From NCBI GenBank assembly GCA_977030845.1, contig OZ365115.1:28272001-28336000 (forward strand): a stretch of DNA of 64,000 bases. Direction: 5' to 3'. The stretch is from Fimbriosthenelais zetlandica (Eukaryota). Position 1 is the stretch's first letter. Every line of letters starts with the position of its first letter. The notes under the pieces are model-generated. The model saw only the letters and a program-made list of their open reading frames with translations. It was not told the DNA's origin and ran no database searches. Both the position numbers and the translations under genes were made by a program. Shown here piece by piece: positions 52,301 to 62,558 of the stretch.

Positions 52301-55300
52301 AACAGCTATATATCTGTTGTATTTAGGGTTTAGGATACCCGTTTGATCAGAGAGATTTTAATGTAGGCCTGGTGTCTTTAAAGAGATGTTAGAATTCAGA
52401 AAGTTCATCAGGAATAACACTCTGTGTTAAAATGGATTTGTAATAAAAAGGTGTCATAGGAACAAAGGGTATATGGGTCACCAAACAAAAATGACAAAAT
52501 CATACACTCACACAGATCTTAGAACCTAACGACTACGTGGCTAAAATAAAATAAGTCAAGGTGTGTTGGATATCAGTGCCATTGGTGTTAAGGTATCTAC
52601 CAGTACTACAATCATACAGAAGAAAAAAAACACAACTAGAAAATATAATCCAGGGATCTTAAGTGAGTTCTTACACTTTTTGGAAGCTCAAGGTTATTCT
52701 ATTACCAGTGTTTGTCAAATTCATGAAGGATGCTTCAAGTTTGGACAGTAGTAGTTTATTTCACAGTTGGTGTGAGCATGGTGAGGAGCAATGACTCATT
52801 TACTCGAAAATCATGACGCAATGAATAAGGAGTAAGTATTGCACAACCTACTCAGTTACTCAAAATGGTGATGCAATGGATAAGGAGTATGGTGTGCAGA
52901 CTTTTTTTATGGCATGCAGACGTTTTTATTCACAGTTTGTAGACTTTTCTCAATCTTATATGTTCATTTTCAAATCCTATTTGACATTTTACATCACTGT
53001 CAACATGTACTTTTCTCATTCAATGCTCAAACGAGGAAATTGAACTAAATTGGACTTTTGAGATATCCTTCATGAAAAGAAAACATGCAGCTAGATTGTG
53101 GTTTAGTAATGATTTATTCATAAACATGACAATAAGTCTCCACAATTAAAAATGTAAAAACAATTTTTTTAATTTTTCTCTATTTTCTACTATCATTTAC
53201 TATTATTTACTATTTTTCTCTATTATCTACTATTTTTTTAATATTATTTACTATTGTTTAATATTAACTACTTTTTTTTTTACTATTATTTACCATTTTT
53301 CTCTATTGTTGTACTATTATTTCCTATTATTTACTATTGTTTACTATCATTTACTATTATTTACTATTTTTCTCTATTATCTACTATTTTTTACTATTAT
53401 TTACTATTTTTCTCTCTTTTTTACTATTTTTTACTATTTTTTGCTACATTTTACTATTATCTACTATTAAGTACTATTTTTTACTATTATCGACTATCAT
53501 TTACAATTTTTTACTATTATTTAATATTTTTCTCTATTATCTACTATTTTATACTATTATTTACTATTATTTACTGTTTTTCTCTATTTCATACTATTAT
53601 TTACTATTTTTCTCTATTATCTACTATTTTTTACTATTTTTTGCTACATTTTACTATTATCTACTATTAAGTACTATTTTTTACTATTATCGACTATCAT
53701 TTACAATTTTTTACTATTATTTAATATTTTTCTCTATTATCTACTATTTTATACTATTATTTACTATTATTTACTGTTTTTCTCTATTTCATACTATTAT
53801 TTACTATTTTTCTCTATTATCTACTATTTTTTGCTACATTTTACTATTATCTACTATTATCTACTATTAAGTACTATTTTTTACTATTATCGACTATCAT
53901 TTACTATCTTTTACTATTATTTAATATTTTTCTCTATTATCTACTATTTTATACTAATATTTACTATTATTTACTGTTTTTCTCTATTTCATACTATTAT
54001 TTACTATTTTTCTCTATTATCTACTTTTTTTTACTATTATTTACCATTTTTCTCTATTTTTGTACTATTATTTACTATTATTAGTAAATACTATTAGTTA
54101 ATAGCAAAAAATAGTAAAAAAAATTGAAAATGATAGTAAATAATAGTAAAAAAATAGTAGAAAATAGAGAAAAATAGTAAATAATAGTAAAAAATAGTAG
54201 AAAATAGAGAAAAATAGTAAATAATAGTAAAAAATAGTAAAACATAGTAGATAATAAAGAAAAATAGTAGAAAATAGAGAAAAATAGTAAATAATAGTAT
54301 GAAATAGAGAAAAACAGTAAATAATAGTAAATAATAGTATAAAATAGTAGATAATAGAGAAAAATATTAAATAATAGTTAAAAATAGTAAATGACAGTCG
54401 ATAATAGTAAAAAATAGTACTTAATAGTAGATAATAGTAAAATATAGCAAAAAATAGTAAAAAATAGTTAAAAAGAGAGAAAAATAGTAAATAATAGATA
54501 TATCCTTATCCATTGCATCACCATTTTGAGTAACTGAGTAGGTTGTGCAATACTTGCTCCTATATTCATTGCATCATGATTTTTGAGTAAATGAGTCATT
54601 GCTCCTCACCATGCTCACACCAACTGTGCAGTAAACTACTACTTTGGACAATCATTCTTGTATTACTGTTCGAGACACATTCAACAGAAACAACAATGTT
54701 CTCGACATCAATATGTCAAAAATTATGGAAAGAAACATTTTTCACAGAAAATTTCCTTCAGAATATAACACATACTATTAAGAGATATACTTGAGCCTCC
54801 ATATACAAAGGGTGAAAAGGTATATGGAAAGCCAATAGACGATTCTTTGCATGATTTACAACAACATTAATTTCCCAGGGAATACAAACCTCTGTCATCA
54901 AAACCATGTGTTATTTCATGGCCTATGACCATACCGATTCCTCCGTAATGAAAAGACCTGTCATAAATCACAAGTTGCAAAATGGAGCATCCTGAATATC
55001 GTCCCACACTTCATTTCGGTGGCAATTTGTACATGCAATTGTACATGTTTTTTCAAAATTACTTTGTTCCAAATTTTATTAAAGAAAATAGGGTATACTC
55101 TCTTGAGAATTCAAATAATTATGATTGTAATGAGGATTGTTACGTTGTTGGTGGTAATGGCTTGTCATTGGGAATTTCTAATTACTTCCTTGATTTTCAA
55201 AGATTTTTGGTTAATGAGGAAAATAAAATGTTACTTGATAAGGCCTAGTTAAAATTAATGAAGATAGTCTCGGTGATAATGGTTGAGTTAGTATCAGGTT

Positions 55301-58300
55301 CTACATGTACATTATACAATTGATGATGAAATATTATACTTCTACAAATAATTTTGACTATATGACAACTAAAAAAACATACAATTAAATGATTATCACA
55401 TACTATGCAAAGGTAATGTAAATGACAGAAGTAATAATTTTAAACTTTGATACAAAGTTCTTAGGTGGAACTGTTCATAATGAATTAATAGAATAGATGA
55501 TATCACATAATACAATATTAAAATCTACTTACTTGGGATATGTATCGAGGTAGAATGGTGGTTGGAATATAGCTGCCGGGAACACTGAATATGTATGAAC
55601 ATGATGCAATTATTCAATGATGAGACCCTATTTAATATCTAAGAAAATATAAGATAAATTTTCATACAAATAATCAATCAATCAAAAATTGTGAATCCTA
55701 CTTACTTATTTGATTTTTGGTAGCACTGTAGAAAGCGTTGACAATAACTGGCGTGGTTGACCACCTGAATGGCACAGATGGAAATGGTAGGCCTTATTTC
55801 AATGATAATTGTATTTACATCTTTTATCAAAATCCACTTTTATTATGTCAGACATGTCTTCATACTGTGCTAAAGTAATAATATTTAAAGTAGGCTTTTG
55901 CCAGGTTCTTCGGGCCCATGGGGATCGAGTGGTGCACCCCAGCCTGCAGGCTTTGTGCACCTATCCCTATTCTTTATTCTTCCCTCAACCACTTTCATCA
56001 AAGATCCACATAGGACATTTCAGTGAAATGGTCATACTCACTTTGTTCTGTCTACGAGTTTGGGGAGATTTTTCAGGTTCTGTTGCGTGGCTATATTTAG
56101 AAGTTTGAGTACATTCTCAAAATATTTCTCAGGGTCCATTTCCATCTGAAAAAATATTGTTCATGTATGAATAAATGGTTTACTTTACACATATTTCACA
56201 GTCACATAACTTTTTAGATTGAAGTGACCAACTCAGTGTGAATCATTCTCAGAGACACCACTCTATAATTTGTTTTATTAAAATGTATACAAACATGTGG
56301 TTTAGTAACTTACCCCGTCATAGTCTAGATCAAGAGCTGTGTTGTTGAGGATGTAGTCAGGGTAACCAATCTTCCCCTGTATAGCGTCTGCCTAACAGAG
56401 AGAACATCTTTCACACTTCATATTAATGACAGAAATAACGTTAACATTGTAGCTTCACTGCCGCAAATGACTTGAGCACTATTTGCGAAGGTTGACTATA
56501 TTGTGCTCTAATTACAAGTGGTTGCAGTTGAGGCCATGGCAAAGTTAGCCATAACAAAACAGCAAAATTCACAAGGCAAAAGAACACGAGTGGAGCTACC
56601 CCAAAACCATTTTTAAAACGCTGGATGTGTTACAATTAGGCTCAAATAAACGGAGGTGAGAGTCTCGATTTAGAAAGTGTCCTTGGCCCTTTTCCTCTTC
56701 AGTGCCTCACTAATTGGTAAATGCTGCTGTCAACAGGAAGATGTTAACCCCCTAAGGAAAACCAGCCCGGGCCTGTTTCATCGTAGACATTTTCCATAGA
56801 CTTACCATTGCTAATGGTTGTTCTGAAACAGGTCCCTGGCCTTTTTTTCACATTGGTCTCCTTCAAGAATCTATTAATACTCATCAGACCATAAGAGACC
56901 TTTTCAAATGCATCATTTATAGTCTGGCTTGAGTGCTTTCTATGGACTTTTTTTCCGTAACTCCAATTGGAAGCCAAGACCTATACAGTTTCCCAAACTC
57001 AGTGACCTGGGGCATGTTTCAGCGTAGACATTTCCTATAGACTTAGCATTGCTAATGGTTGTTCTGAAACAGGTCCCTGGACATTTTTGACAAATACAGA
57101 TTTCAGCAATTGAGTTATAAATGCGCAATTGAGTCATATATGAGCGCAAACCCAACCAAGCTATAGTACCCACTTACGGCACAGCCTGGAGATCAACCAC
57201 TGACAAAATGTCTCATGTCATAAAAAGCCCTGTTCACATGTGGAACTTATTTCCCATGATGCGCTTACATCAATGTAATGGCAGCTCACTTCTACAGTAA
57301 CAGAGCGTTGCTGGTAATGCACACGTACATTCGGGAACAAGAAATGGGGGCAAAGAGAGCATTTAGAACATTGAGAGGTGGAGTGGACACTTCAGCAGAT
57401 ATAATGATAATGTATATTGTACATTAGAGACTGTGGTTGGAGCAAAGACTGACCTTTTCCCTGGCGACCTCACGTGTCATTTCGTCCATCCACGACACGT
57501 CTGTAAGGAGCTCATTAAAAGATGCCCGGATGTTCGTAATCATTTCGAGAGCCTGAGAGAACATGACAGACATGAGCATCATTATACAAAAGACTATTAT
57601 ATACACCAAAGTTGTATATAACTTTATAATGATAAGTAGTAGGAAATAATGAGGAATATGTGTAGTGTCCGTTGGCAGTCGTCAATGTATAAATGTGCAT
57701 TAATTTATGTTTAATAATTATATGGAATCTTTATGACGTGGAATCGATGTAACAAAAATTGGGTGTATATTTTGTGAAATATGGGCGAACTGGAATTGGT
57801 ACAAAATCAATCAATTAGATTGGTTAACATTTTAGAAAAAGTGGACAAAGTTGAACTTTGTTTCTCTGAAAATCAGAAGCCTTCTGAGAAGGTTCAGTAA
57901 CTATTAATAATAATTGTATTAGTTAGAGATATGTATTTCATATATTGGTCAAAATATTGACGTGACATATACCAGAGACACCCAATCCATCACTGCAATA
58001 GCGGGTCAAAAAAGAGAGACAATATACTCACACTTGTTTTAGCTTCCTCATTGAAATATTTCTGGACAAATATCCTGCCAACGGCCATCCCAAAATTATC
58101 AATGGCGTAATTGACACACGTGCGCCATCGGGCTCGGTCGGTGTCTGTGCCATAGAGGACCTGAAAGGAGCATATGTTTACATGCACTCGGTGGGACATA
58201 GATGGAATCTGACGGTGTATAGAAAAGCTTCAGTGCTAATCTATAGAAGGGTGGCATGTCTGTGCTTTGTGGCATTCGCCCCACTACAGAGGGAAGCCAT

Positions 58301-61300
58301 GGTACCGTTCTCCCTTTGTGGTTCAGCCTTTGGCAGAAAGGGGTATGATTGCTTGAATGGTGATGAAGTTCAAAGAAGCAGAAAATAAGCATCCATGCCA
58401 GTATACATGCATTTAATGCAGAGTACCGGTATATATCATAATATTTTATGGATACATTTTAAGTCTGGTTATGAAACAAACTAAGGTCAGCAATAGTTTT
58501 TTTTACTGAATTCAACTGAATACCCCGTGAAAAATATTTAATTTACTCAACATTTTATTCGCGTGTTTTTTTTAATACCATGAAGTTTCACCATTAGGCG
58601 TTGTTCCTTCCTCTTCCTGTTTACTTACTTTGTTGTACTGTCTTCTAAGGTCCAAATACTTCTGTGGCATGTTGCTAACACGGTTCATTACAATCCTCCA
58701 GTTCATGTAGTTGGCAACCGTTCTAAGAAATGAAACAACAGGTAAAAATATTATCATTGTGGGTGAAATTTTAAAAGCTGTATATATACATGTATGAAGC
58801 TACCAAAATTCATGACATGTTCATTATATCTGAGTGGATGTCAGTCTACCTGTGAACTGTTTAGAACTGGTATAACTCCAATGTTTTTATTGAATTGCTT
58901 GTATTGCGATTTTTGTTGTGGCAAAACCTAGCAACTGACTTTTCCTCGGGCAATTTCGGCAGCCTCCCCTGACTTGCAAGCCGGCCATTTTCTGGCAGAA
59001 ATATCAAGAGCATTGCCTTTTGGGCAGTAGCGAGTCAGTTGCGAGGTCCTTGCGAGTATGTATATCTCTATTGCCACAAGTGAGACCTCTTCCAAAATGC
59101 CGCAAAAACGCAATACTTGCAAGGAAACAATATGCTACTGGAGTCAGCCCATTCAGAGCAATTATAGTCAGGTCAACCTGATAAAATATCAAGGAAGATA
59201 GGGTCATGCAGTTCACTTAGCCTAGTAGAGAGCGCAAACATGTTTGATCACAATGAACGAACTATGATAGTGCCCATTGCTCACCTTTTGGGCGTGTTCT
59301 TCACAAGGATGGCCAGTTCCCTGAGGAAGTCTGGAGCATACACGATGACTTCATCGTCCATGGTCAAGTTGATACTGACATTGTTAAATATCAGGTTCAG
59401 ATACCGGTGCCAGTCTATCTCCTGAATTCAAAAGTTTTGAGCACGCACACTACATTATTGAAAAATACTCTGAGAGCAACAAAATATATTTTGGGCCATC
59501 TGTGTGAAAAGTTCCAAGAATTTTTCACTTCATCATGCTGGCAATTTTTTCAGGTAATGAGAAGTGCAGAGATTCCAGGGGCATGTTTCAAAACGAATAT
59601 ATTTGGTATATCTGGTTTGTTTCGGCTTCAATTAGTATTAAAATTAATGTTGAATATGGACTCTTTGGATATCAGACTTACATCTGTGACATTGGAGTAG
59701 AGGTCTCCAATGGTCATCTTGTTATAGAGAGCTTCTGTATCGCGCCGTTCATCGTCTGGTACCGTCAACTAAAATGATCAGATCATCTATATTATAACTA
59801 TATACATTATGCATGTTTGTATGGATGAGATGGAGGTAAATGAGCAATATTTATGAGTACTATAATCATTCTAAGATATACTTTACATTTGCCACTTCTG
59901 TTTCAAATGCCACCATTTCTTCCATCTCAGAAGCAGCTGTTGCTCGATTAGCACCAAGCGCTTCGGCCACCGACCTGGCATAGCGTTTGTATGCATTGAC
60001 CTGTTCACGATCTTCCTTCAAGAAATAGTCCCTGCTAGGCATGCCCAGTTGAGTCTGGTCAAGCTGAATTAACAAGTATAAAAAGAATGTGACTTAAACT
60101 TAAAGTCGGTTCAAGACATTGCCTGGGTAAAAGTAGTTTAGTTTCTAGTCAAAATGCCAAACCTCCTAGCTGCATTGCCAAGATTATGGCAAGTTGTGCT
60201 ATTTCTTACTGTCTTTTTAAGAATAGGCCAACTTTTCGCCTTTTGTAGTGTGGCTAGAAGTAGAACTATATATGTACTGGCTTGTGCTTCTCAGATACTC
60301 TCATCAAACATAAGACCTTGAATCTGGGTCAATAATTCTGTTGCGGTCATAGTCCTGAAAGTCAAGGGCTAACCGCAACAAAATCGAAACACTCACAAAA
60401 GCAAAAGAACCGCAGAAGGGTTAACATTTTAGTGAAAATTTGAATGATTGAGAAACTGTTTTCACACCTACTTGTATGACATTGACACTTGAGTTTTTGT
60501 CATCCGATGACACCCATTGGTTGATGAGGACGCGGTTGTTAAGGAGGCGGAGCGTGGCCGCCTGTGAGACCCAATCAAATTTGGACTCATCCCATGTGGC
60601 GTCCAACACCGGCCAACCACCGATGTCTCGGAGGAGCTGTTTCAGGGGAACGTCTCCACGATTCTCTATCTGGTCTATGGTAAATATGAAGTAAGGGTAA
60701 TTCAGTTTCAAAATATATTTTACAGTTTAATCTCAAACTTGCTTCCCTGTTCACTTGAATTTTAACTGAGGCATGTTTGAGTTCAATCACATCCTAATCC
60801 GGGATCCTAATATCGAGTTAGGGATAAGGGAAGTTGTAAATTCGGTAGTCACCCACAAATTATAATGACACTAGGAAAGTCGGAGTGAGAAATGACATTT
60901 ATAACAAACTGCTGCATGGCTGGAGGAATAATTATGGTGCCTGAACACTGAAAACACATAAAATCCCCACCAACTTTGCCAATTTACCAATAGAAAAGGA
61001 ATATCCAAGGGTTCCTCCAAATTCCCAATGAACATGAAGATTGTTCAAGGCCAGATTGATCTAGAGAAATTCACTGTAATTCTTACTTTAATATCATGTA
61101 ATCGATTAGAAAGGAAGGGGAAGTCTATCTATATTTTTTCTTTATACTTTATCTGTTTAAACCTACCCATATCAAGGCAGGACGTGTAGAGGTGCTTGGC
61201 ATTCCTAATGCCAATTGCTTCATCTTCTGAAATTGGTGCCTCTAACAAGCCTGGAAAATATAATTTATAATGTAAAAAGGTTAGATATGAACCAGCTCAT

Positions 61301-62558
61301 ACACAACGAGGAAAAAAAGAAGCTGAGAAGTGCATGAGATTGTGCACGTGGATTATGAACTATGAACTCTTGAACCGAGTGTTATATAATGCCTTTTGTT
61401 CACCTATGAGTTCCCCAACAGCTAGTGGGGCTCATAAGAGCTCAGCTCATAAGAGCTCAGCAATATCAGAAGAACCTTATGAGATCTTACAAGACCTTTA
61501 CGCGAACCAAAGCCTTTTATTATACTAAGTTATATACAAATAATACCTTTGAGAATGACTTGGAGCTCGTCCCTGAGTTTGCTAAAGGTGTTGTAGTGAG
61601 ACCTATCATCTGGGATGATGTTCTTCCTGTTCCATGTTCCACATGCATACTGGAAGAAGTCATCGCAAGGATCCACTGTCGTGTCCATTGCCTCTAGTAC
61701 ACGACTCGCTTTACAGAAGAGCAAAATCAATGGTCATTCTTCATCATCAATTCAGAGTAATTCAACTATAGGGGTTTTTCATTATTACTTTTTGTAGCAT
61801 ATCGTTAGGACTTTTATTGTAGTGGATTGACACACTCGCAACAACTTATGAGCTTGTGGCACCTTTGGTTGATGCGATTGTCACATAATCAGGAATGGCA
61901 AGCGCTTACTAGTTGAGTTACATTTGCAAGCAGTAAAAATCCAAGTGGAGCTATACCCCAATTAACATATAGGACAGGTAAACGATTATTTGGGGGTCTC
62001 TAGCTGCACTAATGCGATTTATAATCAATAATATTATAGCTGGATATGGCTTAGGGAATTAATATTGAAAATTTCAGTGAAAATATCTACCTGTCGACAC
62101 ACAGTTTGCTGTCATGCATATCTTCTGTCCATTTTTTGTTGTTTCACTAACGCTGCCTGAAAGCAATGAATAGTAAATGCACTTTAATAAAATCTCAATT
62201 TTAGACTTAGAAAGTGATCACAATTTGCAGGGCCCTGCCAGTGGTAGTCAAAATGCATAATATAAAGTGATTTGATATGAACAGAAGCGTTGCCGCGATC
62301 TTGGTCCGATTTGGGATGAAGTTAACCAAATTGGCACCAAAGACCTCAGGCAGAAGAGAGAGCGGGCTTGAGGCAATAAGACAATACATAATTTATTGCC
62401 TTTAGATGAAGCCAATCTGGAGCCAAACTTGCACTGTACCTTTGCTTTGAGATGCCAACAGTATGATGGTAACCAAGGCAATGATGAAGAAAAGAAGAAG
62501 AATGAAGAGGAGTATTCTCTCCAAGGATGTTCTCCTTCCCCACCAGGATCGCCCCGAC
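46337..62558 (-). CDS. M13-family membrane metallo-endopeptidase (neprilysin/ECE-like), 5'-partial
   Basis: Constitutive exons in transcript order: 62558-62440 (TM), 62156-62091, 61708-61547, 61250-61167, 60674-60472, 60063-59887, 59768-59682, 59421-59285, 58722-58629, 58160-58032, 57552-57454, 56391-56314, 56145-56042, 55764-55706, 55584-55533, [one HExxH exon], 47574-47444, 47228-47163, 46911-46813, 46625-46549, 46436-46337. All are GT-AG and in phase. Motifs: [27 protein letters not shown], GHExTHGFDD, [21 protein letters not shown]-terminal KCSVW*. Confidence 0.97.
49253..49320 (-). CDS. HExxH exon variant 6 (last in transcript): (K)[22 protein letters not shown](G)
   Basis: 68 nt, cag| ... 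|gtatga, phase 2 to phase 1. Confidence 0.88.
49671..49900. mobile_element. MITE of about 230 bp, same family as 38110-38340, in opposite orientation
   Basis: TIR AGCCCGACATCCA/TGGATGTCGGGCT; the interior is the reverse complement of the 38.1-kb copy. Confidence 0.8.
50037..50104 (-). CDS. HExxH exon variant 5: (K)[22 protein letters not shown](G)
   Basis: 68 nt, aag| ... |gtacat, same phases as the other copies. Confidence 0.85.
50657..50724 (-). CDS. HExxH exon variant 4: (K)[22 protein letters not shown](G)
   Basis: 68 nt, aag| ... |gtatag. Confidence 0.86.
51228..51295 (-). CDS. HExxH exon variant 3: (K)[22 protein letters not shown](G)
   Basis: 68 nt, aag| ... |gtataa. Confidence 0.86.
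51816..52035. mobile_element. Inverted-repeat element of about 220 bp (MITE-like)
   Basis: Perfect 21-bp inverted repeat at 51854-51874 and 51977-51997, with imperfect arms extending to both ends. Confidence 0.75.
52059..52126 (-). CDS. HExxH exon variant 2: (N)[22 protein letters not shown](G)
   Basis: 68 nt, cag| ... |gtatta. Confidence 0.86.
52748..54642. mobile_element. Foldback-type non-autonomous DNA element, 1895 bp
   Basis: TIRs of about 140 bp (52748-52886 and 54503-54642). TTTGGACA is duplicated on both sides (52740-52747 and 54643-54650). The interior has an AT-rich tandem array (about 53165-54095) and its inverted copy (about 54097-54500). No transposase. Confidence 0.88.
54890..54957 (-). 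CDS. HExxH exon variant 1 (first in transcript): (K)[22 protein letters not shown](G)
   Basis: 68 nt, cag| ... |gtttgt. Closest to the canonical neprilysin [17 protein letters not shown]. Confidence 0.88.
55295..55310 (-). promoter_or_regulatory. Candidate RNA docking site for the exon cluster (transcript sense GUACAUGUAGAACCUG)
   Basis: Partly complementary to short sequences located upstream of each variant exon's acceptor (see findings). Confidence 0.4.
56769..57077. mobile_element. Two copies of the ~69-bp GGGCC-TTTCA MITE (56769-56836, 57009-57077)
   Basis: Near-identical to each other and to 43871-43939. Confidence 0.7.

Noticed and set aside
53254-54097. Hydrophobic F/Y/I/L-rich ORFs resembling membrane proteins
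   Set aside because: They are translations of the AT-rich tandem array inside the foldback element.
49253-54957. Six HExxH copies as remnants of separate paralogous genes or as pseudo-exons
   Set aside because: No neighbouring exon is duplicated, and every copy keeps its length, phase, splice dinucleotides and catalytic residues. It cannot be fully excluded without transcript data.
55880-55965. tRNA or tRNA-derived SINE in a peptidase intron
   Set aside because: GC-rich, but no convincing A/B boxes or cloverleaf.
62207-62389. Extra hydrophobic exon of the peptidase (ORF 62207-62389)
   Set aside because: The TM exon 62558-62440 joins in phase directly to 62156-62091 (..[11 protein letters not shown]), and this ORF has no M13 similarity.
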